Origin: a virus
Length of the DNA: 56,975 nt
IMG/VR virus record: IMGVR_UViG_3300020152_000003
Coordinates: 1-56,975 of that record
Strand: one strand, 5' to 3'
The notes beneath the pieces were generated by a model that worked only from the letters and a program-made list of their open reading frames with translations, was not told the origin of the DNA and did no database searches. Shown piece by piece: positions 50,626 to 56,975 of the stretch (positions are counted from its first letter, which is position 1; every line of letters begins with the position of its first letter). The translations under genes were made by a program, and so were the position numbers.

Positions 50626-51147
50626 ATGGAATATTCCGACCGAGAGTTAGAGGCGATCTGTCTTGCTCTGGCGAAGGATGCAGACCCGCTGGAGGCGGCG
50701 GCGTTGCGCGAGATAGCAGAGAATTACCGCACCGCCGCCAAGGCCCGGCCGCAAAGCCGCTTTGGCGTCCCCCATATTCTCGCTATCGCAGCGGCCTTTT
50801 ACGTTGTTTGGACGCCCTTCTATTTCCTGATGCCGCAGTCTGATCCCTCGCCATTCCCGAGCGGCGAAGTTGAACAGCTTACCGGGTTTGTGGTGACGGA
50901 CGACGGCAGGTATCGCACCAGAACCTACATCTTCGGCCCTCGGCAGGTATTCGAGGACGGTAGACGCAAGTGGGACTACTCGGATCGCCCGCTGCTTCTG
51001 TACAAGGACACGACGCCTCTCCCCAGAGAGGCTTACGAAATTCAAGAGCTAAACCCACTCAACGCCTGGAGGTATGTGACGATCAGGACGCCAAGCGGCG
51101 AAAATCCAAACAAGGACGGCGCCAGGTACTACCTCGTAGCGCCGTAG
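50626..51147 (+). CDS. Moron: single-pass membrane protein (173 aa) antisense to the late operon
   Basis: ATG after AGGAAA. TM segment HILAIAAAFYVVWTPFYFLM. Convergent with the tailspike gene. Confidence 0.55.
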   Translation: MEYSDRELEAICLALAKDADPLEAAALREIAENYRTAAKARPQSRFGVPHILAIAAAFYVVWTPFYFLMPQSDPSPFPSGEVEQLTGFVVTDDGRYRTRTYIFGPRQVFEDGRRKWDYSDRPLLLYKDTTPLPREAYEIQELNPLNAWRYVTIRTPSGENPNKDGARYYLVAP

Positions 51148-51157
51148 TTCAACTAAC

Positions 51158-53734
51158 TCACCATGCCTTGTTCGATCCGGAGAGGAAAACAACGTCGGTT
51201 GCTGACGCAGCGGTGAAGTTTCCTGCCCCCCCGGCCATGTTGTTGACGACCATGTGGGTGCAGCCATTCTGCGCCATCGGTGGTGACAGCATGAAATTGC
51301 CGAAGGTATTGCCGTTGGGCAGGGTGAAGAGGCCGACGCAATCGACGCCGCCAATCGCGTTGCGCGCGCGAACCATCCCGTTGGCAACGCCGCCGGCGAT
51401 GTTGATTGTGGCTGGGTTGATCACCTGCTCGGAATGGAATCCGCGGATGTCGACGAAGCCGCCGTTGATCGAAAGTCCGTTGGTCCTCGGCCCTCCGATT
51501 CCTGCGGAATATCCGGATACGTTCAAGTTGTCGACGATGACCTGCGTGCTGCCGAAGTTGATGAAGACCTGCGCACCGGCGGCACCGCCGCAGTTCGCAT
51601 CGGACTTGCCGCCCTTGAACTCGGTGCTGTCGAGCAGGATATAGGTGGCGCCCCCATATCCCTGCTCATAGGTCAGTCCGCGCCCGCAGCCGCCGGGATA
51701 GATCACCATCCGCCGCACTCCAGCCTCGTGCTGGGCGTTGTTGGTGTAGACCACGGATCGGCCAGATGAGCCGTTGGTCGCGATCACGTTGAAGATCTGA
51801 AAATCTTCCAGCAGCGTTCCAAAGCACGCCAGGTGCGAGAAGGAATTGCAAAGCTCCCACTGGTTCGAGCTGGTCGGGAATGTGTCGCACATCTTGATCG
51901 TGCTGGCGTAGTTGCCCTGCCCCTTCACCTTCACGCCATAGGGCACGACGATCGCATTTGACGCGGCACACCCGATCATCGCGGTCTGCTTGGCCAGAAG
52001 CACCTGCCCACCCTGCGTGCCGCCAAGGTCAACGCTCGTGCTGGTCTTGTACCAGGCGAAGCTGAACGCGTTCTGCAGCGTCGTGAAGTTGTCGGTCGCC
52101 GCGCCGTCAGTACCGTCCCAATCGAACTTCACGCCCATCGAACGGGCATCGAGGCCGGCGGCGGGGAACGTGATCTGCCACTTGTTGCCGGCCGAGTCCG
52201 TGAACGATCCGGTTGGCGTTGAGACGCTGGAGACCGTCCAGGTCACGGTTGATGCGCAGCCCGGCACCGTCACAGACAGCACGTCGCCTGCAACGTAGCC
52301 GACCGCCATCGCGCCGTTGTAGCCGCCGACGTTGGCGATCGATGTGACGATGTTGCCCGCAACCGTGATCACCCCAGTGGTGCCACCGAGTTCGCCGCGG
52401 CCATTGCCCCCCGTGAAATCGAGCGTGTAATAGGTTCCGTCGGTGCAGCCAGACGTTCCGTTGTTGGTGAGCGTCCCGCCCGTGATGCGGGTGTCGATGA
52501 AATTCCCGGCCGTCTTCTGGAAGATCGCGCCGCCGCCGTCGCCGGCCGCGGAATACCCGAGCGTCTGGATGGAGGAAAAAGCGGACAGGTCCTGCGTCTC
52601 GGCGAAGGTGCGGGAAGACAGCACGTTGCCGGACAATGTCGAGCCGACGACCTTGAAGCTGCCAGCCTGAGCCGAGATCGCGCCGGTAGCGCCGTCGAGC
52701 GAGCTGACGCCTGACGCGACGGTCGCGCCGACGGCTTGTGCGGTCCATTTTGACGCGCCGTCCGACACCAGCAGGAAGCCGCCATTGGCCGAACTGATCG
52801 TAACGCTGGTGCCGCCGTTGATGGTGTCGGATCCGGCTCTGGCGATGACCAGCGTATTGCTGCCTGTGACGGTGCCTTGGAAGTCCGCAACGAGAATGGA
52901 CTGGCCTGGATTTACGGCATTTGCCGCAGGCAGCGTCCATGTCCGCGATGCGGTGAACGCGGCATTGGTGCCGACGACGCGGTCAGTCGCCGCGATGCTG
53001 TAGATGGAGTCGCCGTGACCGGTGAAGCTATCGATGTTGAGCAGCGAGCTCGAGCGCGCCGCGGCGGGTGCCACGTCCGTCGGGACTGCAGACCCACCTG
53101 TCGCGTTGCCCTTGACCGTGTTGGCTGCCATCGTCGCCATCTTGGCATTAGTGACGGCGTTGGCCGCAATCGACGTCGCGTAACTTCCGCCAGACGTCGT
53201 CACGTCACCAGTCAGCGCTCCAAAATTTGATGCCTGAAGCGTTCCGCTGAGTAGCGTGGTCGGCAAGGTGCCTGCGCCTGAAGCCGTGCCGGAAAAGGTC
53301 GGAGACGCGATGGTTGGAGTGTCAATGGCCGCTCCAGACGACATGACGACACTGCCGGTCCCCGTTATGGCATATTCAGCCACTTTCCCGGCGTTGTTGT
53401 AGAGAACGCGCGAGCTTGTCCCGCTGGCGACGTTTGTGATGCCGATGGTGATGGTGTCGGGAGCCGCGCCGCAATCCTGAAGCAGGCCGGTGGTGCCATT
53501 GAAGCAGGCCAGGTTGCCTGACACCACCGGAGCCGTCGGCATGATCGAGTTGATGAGGTCGTTCTGAAACGTGCGGACGCCGGAAGGCGTAATCAGGCCA
53601 GATGTATTATCCGGAAATGTCGTGCTGACTTCTGCGGTAAGCTCTGCCTTGGTTTTCTGCGCGAACGCTGGAGCACCCATAAAAAAAGCCCCGCAGAGCG
53701 GGGCCAGAATAAGCGCCAAAGCAAGTTTTCTCAT
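51158..53734 (-). CDS. Tailspike-like beta-helix protein (pectate-lyase-3-like region, 858 aa) with a signal-peptide-like N-terminus
   Basis: N-terminus MRKLALALILAPLCGAFFMGAPAFA/QKTKAELTAEV...FPDNTSGLITP. Middle LDARSMGVKFDWDGTDGAATDNFTTLQNAF. ATGA overlap with the tail-fibre stop. Confidence 0.6.
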   Translation of the reverse strand: MRKLALALILAPLCGAFFMGAPAFAQKTKAELTAEVSTTFPDNTSGLITPSGVRTFQNDLINSIMPTAPVVSGNLACFNGTTGLLQDCGAAPDTITIGITNVASGTSSRVLYNNAGKVAEYAITGTGSVVMSSGAAIDTPTIASPTFSGTASGAGTLPTTLLSGTLQASNFGALTGDVTTSGGSYATSIAANAVTNAKMATMAANTVKGNATGGSAVPTDVAPAAARSSSLLNIDSFTGHGDSIYSIAATDRVVGTNAAFTASRTWTLPAANAVNPGQSILVADFQGTVTGSNTLVIARAGSDTINGGTSVTISSANGGFLLVSDGASKWTAQAVGATVASGVSSLDGATGAISAQAGSFKVVGSTLSGNVLSSRTFAETQDLSAFSSIQTLGYSAAGDGGGAIFQKTAGNFIDTRITGGTLTNNGTSGCTDGTYYTLDFTGGNGRGELGGTTGVITVAGNIVTSIANVGGYNGAMAVGYVAGDVLSVTVPGCASTVTWTVSSVSTPTGSFTDSAGNKWQITFPAAGLDARSMGVKFDWDGTDGAATDNFTTLQNAFSFAWYKTSTSVDLGGTQGGQVLLAKQTAMIGCAASNAIVVPYGVKVKGQGNYASTIKMCDTFPTSSNQWELCNSFSHLACFGTLLEDFQIFNVIATNGSSGRSVVYTNNAQHEAGVRRMVIYPGGCGRGLTYEQGYGGATYILLDSTEFKGGKSDANCGGAAGAQVFINFGSTQVIVDNLNVSGYSAGIGGPRTNGLSINGGFVDIRGFHSEQVINPATINIAGGVANGMVRARNAIGGVDCVGLFTLPNGNTFGNFMLSPPMAQNGCTHMVVNNMAGGAGNFTAASATDVVFLSGSNKAW

Positions 53735-55353
53735 GGGGTGAGCCTCACAGCGTAGTTCAAGACAATTGACGGCTGGAAAAACGAGGATGGAAGCCCGCCG
53801 GTATTGTTTGAAGTGACGCTGATGGAATTGTTGCCAGTCATCGAGGAGCTACCGTTCCAGCTGCTGAGGGACCTCGGCAGATTGGCGTTGACGCCGCCGC
53901 CCCACGAATCGCTTGAGATGGAGTTGTTGGTGTAGGGATAGTTCCCGCTTGGCGGAGCAACAGTAATCGAATTGGTCCCCGACGATGTAATCCCGGTCGG
54001 AAGTTCGCCGAGAACAATTGCCTTGCTCTGAGCGCCGCCGGCGATACCGAGCCCCTGCGCATCCGGGAAAACAGAGAACCGCGTCGAGACGCCGGATTGC
54101 GTTCCAGTTGCGTTCGCCGACAGCGTGATGGTCGTGCCGGAGATTGCGCTGATCGTGGTGCCGGGAGCAACGTTGGAGTTGCCAGAGATCGTCATGCCGA
54201 TCGAAAGATTCGCTGCGGAGCCGACAGTCGCGGAGGCGGAGGCCGCGGTTGTCGTCAGGGTAGTGCTGACTTGAGATACGTTGTCAGCTGCTCCGCCCAT
54301 GTTGTCGCGCGCAACAATGGTCTTGCCTCGCAAATTCGGCAGGTTGAACGTGGTCGATCCATCGCCGTTCCCATAAGGGAAAACTGTTACCGTCCCGGTG
54401 CGCGTTGCCGTCGCATTGGCAGAGAGGGTGCAGGCCGTGGACGCGCAGCTTTGAATGGTTGCGCCAGCTGGGATGCCGACCGATTCGATTGCCTGCCCGC
54501 GGGCGAATTGGGTGGTGTCGGCCAGCCCAGTAATGGTAGGGCTCCCAGACGACAGGGATGCGGTCTGACCTGACGTAAGCGCCGTCATCAGGTTGGCATA
54601 GGTCGTGCGGCTGACGGCCTGCCCATAGGCAAAGGCATACCCCGTCGGGGCGGTGAACCCAGCTACCGAGATGATCGCCCCAACCGGAACACCTGCCGTG
54701 TTCGGCCAATTGACCGGGGAGAGAATATGAAATGTGCCGGCGGTTGCATCATAGATGACCGATACCGCGTTGGTCGCGACCAGCTCGCCGCCCGTTAGGG
54801 GCTGCGGTCCGGTAGACGAGTCCCGCATGATCTGGATCGCGCCAAAGCCGGACGGGTTGAGCGTGGCGGCGCCCGTGTTTGTGTTCGTCGAGATGTAGTT
54901 GATGACCTGACCGTCGGCGCCCGAGAAGGCCGGAGCGTTGACGGTGATGGCATTGGGCGTGCCGGAGCTGGCCCCCGCAAAGATCGTGGTCGACGAATCT
55001 GTGCTTGCCGTCAGCTGGTCCCATACCTGATCACCGGCCGGTGAGCACGGCAGGGCCGGGTTGGGCCCGGTCTTCTTGACAACCTGACGATAGGTTCCGG
55101 TGCCATAGATGATCGCCCGGCCGGCGGCGTCCAGCTGTACCGGGTTGGTGTTGGCGACGGTCTGGCCCGAGTTCTGATAGGTGGCCTTGGGGCTGGTGGT
55201 TCCTGGTGTGTAGAAATACACGCACCCGGCTGCCAAGGGGTTCCCGTTCTCATCGGCAAAATATTGCATGCCATTAGGCAAGAGGGTGCCAGAATACGCG
55301 GGATGGCTTGTCAAGAACAAAGCAAGAACCATATGGGGGAAGAGATTCCGCAT
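53731..55353 (-). CDS. Tail fibre with a phage tail-collar domain (540 aa; alternative start at 55332)
   Basis: Conserved fibre N-terminal motif LPNGMQYFADENGNPLAAGCVYFYTPGTTSPKATYQ...NPVQLDAAGRA. Collar motif GDGSTTFNLPNLRGKTIVARDNMGG. Confidence 0.7.
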   Translation of the reverse strand: MRNLFPHMVLALFLTSHPAYSGTLLPNGMQYFADENGNPLAAGCVYFYTPGTTSPKATYQNSGQTVANTNPVQLDAAGRAIIYGTGTYRQVVKKTGPNPALPCSPAGDQVWDQLTASTDSSTTIFAGASSGTPNAITVNAPAFSGADGQVINYISTNTNTGAATLNPSGFGAIQIMRDSSTGPQPLTGGELVATNAVSVIYDATAGTFHILSPVNWPNTAGVPVGAIISVAGFTAPTGYAFAYGQAVSRTTYANLMTALTSGQTASLSSGSPTITGLADTTQFARGQAIESVGIPAGATIQSCASTACTLSANATATRTGTVTVFPYGNGDGSTTFNLPNLRGKTIVARDNMGGAADNVSQVSTTLTTTAASASATVGSAANLSIGMTISGNSNVAPGTTISAISGTTITLSANATGTQSGVSTRFSVFPDAQGLGIAGGAQSKAIVLGELPTGITSSGTNSITVAPPSGNYPYTNNSISSDSWGGGVNANLPRSLSSWNGSSSMTGNNSISVTSNNTGGLPSSFFQPSIVLNYAVRLTP

Positions 55354-55363
55354 GGAGTAAGCA

Positions 55364-56026
55364 ATGTCCACAGCAAGACGCCCCATCCAACTTGGCGAGG
55401 TTTTTGAGCGGTTGACGGTCATTGGAGCGGCCGAGCCAAAATTGAAGGGGAATGGGTACAAGATCTATCGCGTGGAGTGCCGCTGCTCGTGTGGCCAAGT
55501 TGTCGTGGTTTACGAATCAAAGCTCCGCTACGGCAGCACCAGGTCATGCGGATGCCTCCAACGAGAGGCTTCGATTTCGAATTTGCCAAAGGCCACTCAC
55601 GGCCATACCCGGAGAGGGCAGCCTAGATCCCGCACCTACGCGTGCTGGGTATCCATGAAGCGCCGGTGTGAGAACCCGATCAGCGAAAACTACCGCTGGT
55701 ACGGCGCCAAGGGCGTGCGCGTCTGTGAGCGGTGGCAAAGGTTCGAAAACTTCTTGGCCGATATGGGCGAAATGCCGCCCGGTCTGAGTCTGGATCGCAT
55801 CAGAAGTGATGGGGACTACGAACCCAGCAACTGCCGCTGGGCTGATTGGCCGACGCAAGAACGAAATAGGCGCAACAACCGCCGCGTTGTCCTTAAGGGA
55901 GTTAATATGACGGTCGCCGAGGCTAGCCGTGCCCTGAATATTGACGGATCCTCTATCGGCAACCGAGCAAAAAGGCTCGGCATTTCCTACCAAGAGGCCG
56001 CCAACTTCTACGCCCATGGCAACTGA
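55364..56026 (+). CDS. Degenerate HNH_3/AP2-type homing-endonuclease-like protein (220 aa), paralogue of 6087-6692, antisense to the late operon
   Basis: YRWYGAKGVRVCERWQRFENFLADMG, LSLDRIRSDGDYEPSNCRWADWPTQERNRRNN and a C-terminal HTH. GGAG RBS 6 nt upstream. Confidence 0.65.
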   Translation: MSTARRPIQLGEVFERLTVIGAAEPKLKGNGYKIYRVECRCSCGQVVVVYESKLRYGSTRSCGCLQREASISNLPKATHGHTRRGQPRSRTYACWVSMKRRCENPISENYRWYGAKGVRVCERWQRFENFLADMGEMPPGLSLDRIRSDGDYEPSNCRWADWPTQERNRRNNRRVVLKGVNMTVAEASRALNIDGSSIGNRAKRLGISYQEAANFYAHGN

Positions 56027-56113
56027 ACCTGCATTCAGGTACAGTAGACCAAAGGTTGCGAGTGCCGCGGCGATGCGGCTCCTGACTTTCATCATGAGTG
56101 CTTTGGGCCCTGG

Positions 56114-56437
56114 ATGGCGAGAGAACCGATATTCAAGCCTGGAGGATTGCTAGTCCTCGGCTCTTCGGTGGCGTCTATCGTGATCGTGGTGGCGGCCAGC
56201 GCCCTTGGCTGGCACGCCAGTGTTCTTGGGGTAGTCGGCGTCTTCGTCGCAACGCACGTCGTCAGCGGCGTAATGCGGGCTCTTCTGTCCTGGCGGGCGG
56301 CTCGAGAAGCCGGTTTCGAAGCGAGGGAGCAAGCGCGCCGGTGGCAAGAGTCGCACCCCGACCCATTTGGTCAAAGCGAGCCCCTTGAGCAGCTGCCATG
56401 GCCCTCTCGTCCAAGAGAGTCTGGACCAGCTGATTGA
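56114..56437 (+). CDS. Possible two-TM membrane protein (107 aa) overlapping the 3-prime end of the convergent ejection-protein gene
   Basis: GLLVLGSSVASIVIVVAASALGW and VLGVVGVFVATHVVSGV. Weak RBS. The 176-nt convergent overlap makes the 3-prime part doubtful. Confidence 0.25.
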   Translation: MAREPIFKPGGLLVLGSSVASIVIVVAASALGWHASVLGVVGVFVATHVVSGVMRALLSWRAAREAGFEAREQARRWQESHPDPFGQSEPLEQLPWPSRPRESGPAD

Positions 56438-56975
56438 ACTCAGGGGCGCCCATTTTGGTCGTGAGGAGCGGCGCAATCTGTTGGTAGGCGTTCCCGTACC
56501 GCTGCGCCCTCGCCCCCTCCATGATCGTCTGCGGCTTCATCCATTCGGGGATGAACGAGGCTGGTTTCGTCAGATCCAGCCCCTGGAAGTAGCCCATCTC
56601 GCTCGGGGCCGGCAGCATGGCGTTGACGCGCTCCTTTTTCGGAGTGGTCTGGCTGCCACCGATGACGTTTTCCACCTTCTGCTTGCCGAAAACTTCCGCC
56701 TCGAGGTCGCGCACAAGGCGATCGGCGCGTTGTTTGCCGAACAATAGCTCGAGCTTGGCCCTGCCGGACTTGCTGAGCAGCATGTTGCGGGCCGTGGTGT
56801 CGCCCCTGACGCTGCTGTCGATGACCTCCTGGATGGCATCGCGTGCCCCCTGAAGCCTCGCAGCCTGCTCGGGCTGGGACAGATTGATCATTTCGCGGGC
56901 GAGTTCGTCGGCGCGGGTGCTGCGCTTGAACGTTTTCTGCCCTTCCTCGATCTGGTGCAGCAATTCCGAGTGCTC
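56262..56975 (-). CDS. C-terminal part of the wrapped ~705-721-aa internal virion / ejection protein (continues from 1-1579)
   Basis: Same frame across the circular junction. Stop at 56262. Confidence 0.6.
   Translation of the reverse strand, partial: EHSELLHQIEEGQKTFKRSTRADELAREMINLSQPEQAARLQGARDAIQEVIDSSVRGDTTARNMLLSKSGRAKLELLFGKQRADRLVRDLEAEVFGKQKVENVIGGSQTTPKKERVNAMLPAPSEMGYFQGLDLTKPASFIPEWMKPQTIMEGARAQRYGNAYQQIAPLLTTKMGAPEFNQLVQTLLDERAMAAAQGARFDQMGRGATLATGALAPSLRNRLLEPPARTEEPALRR
56849..56975. repeat. Terminal direct repeat, right copy
   Basis: Identical to 1-127. Confidence 0.95.

Larger units (their letters stand above)
1..56848. mobile_element. Complete circularly closed temperate phage genome (P22-like head/tail-accessory architecture), unit length 56,848 bp
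   Basis: Positions 1-127 are identical to 56849-56975. The window holds an integrase, a divergent cI/cro-type switch, and replication, packaging, head, tail-accessory, tail-fibre and lysis genes with no flanking host genes. Confidence 0.8.

Noticed and set aside
42199-55461. Diversity-generating retroelement targeting a tail-fibre C-terminus (as in BPP-1-type phages)
   Set aside because: No reverse transcriptase ORF (no YxDD-type motif in any tracked translation). I could find no template/variable repeat pair near the 3-prime ends of the fibre-like genes.
53731-55461. Tail-fibre start at 55461 (full tracked ORF) or at 55269 (MQYF...)
   Set aside because: The 55461 start would overlap the divergent HNH-like gene by about 100 nt with junk-like residues. 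The 55269 start would cut into the conserved LPNG-QYF fibre N-terminal motif. The start was therefore placed at 55353, with 55332 as the alternative.
55544-56095. 183-aa minus-strand ORF with a signal-peptide-like start
   Set aside because: It is exactly antisense to the motif-rich HNH-like plus-strand gene and has no motifs of its own. Classic GC-rich shadow ORF.
1-56975. CRISPR arrays, rRNA/tRNA genes, IS elements
   Set aside because: No regularly spaced direct repeats, no rRNA-like or cloverleaf-compatible segments, and no transposase-like ORFs or terminal inverted repeats were seen.

Overview
The window is one complete, circularly closed genome of a temperate, GC-rich, P22-like podovirus-type phage. 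The first 127 nt are identical to the last 127 nt, so the unit length is 56,848 bp and one gene wraps across the junction. A GcrA-like regulator suggests an alphaproteobacterial host. Almost all coding falls into two blocks that diverge from a cI/cro-type switch at about 27.7 kb. The minus-strand block runs from 27.7 kb down to 1 and wraps to about 42.2 kb. In order it carries: a cro-like gene and regulators (RHH, OmpR-type wHTH, DnaA-domain-IV-like, GcrA-like); a RuvC-like resolvase, primase, SpoT-type HD small alarmone hydrolase and DnaB-type helicase; a putative late regulator; a chain of micro-ORFs, a Wzy/O-antigen-ligase-like membrane protein and two exported proteins; TerS, TerL, portal, scaffold and a P22-type coat protein; gp4-like and gp10-like tail accessory factors and three ejection-protein-sized genes; a tail fibre and a beta-helix tailspike; a lysis cassette; a metallophosphoesterase and a GNAT; and three large proteins with Sec signal peptides. 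The plus-strand block (27.8-42.2 kb) carries the cI-like repressor and a roughly 660-bp ORF-poor, structure-rich spacer. After that comes a tightly coupled early operon with a RecE-like exonuclease, a RecT-like annealase, a DnaQ-like exonuclease, an HNH nuclease, many small or Zn-ribbon proteins, a tyrosine integrase and a T5orf172/GIY-YIG-like protein. It ends in an acyltransferase-3 (O-acetylase-like) moron. The main items worth follow-up are: (1) a possible phage-D3-style three-component O-antigen conversion set (TM micro-peptides, Wzy-like gene, O-acetylase); (2) an unusually large number of textbook Sec signal peptides on late proteins, including the tail fibre and tailspike; (3) the ORF-poor structured region next to cI; (4) a phage-borne alarmone hydrolase; (5) two degenerate-HNH paralogues bracketing the tail-accessory/ejection module. 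No tRNA, rRNA, CRISPR array, reverse transcriptase or DGR was found. All family calls come from motif recognition by eye, not from searches.
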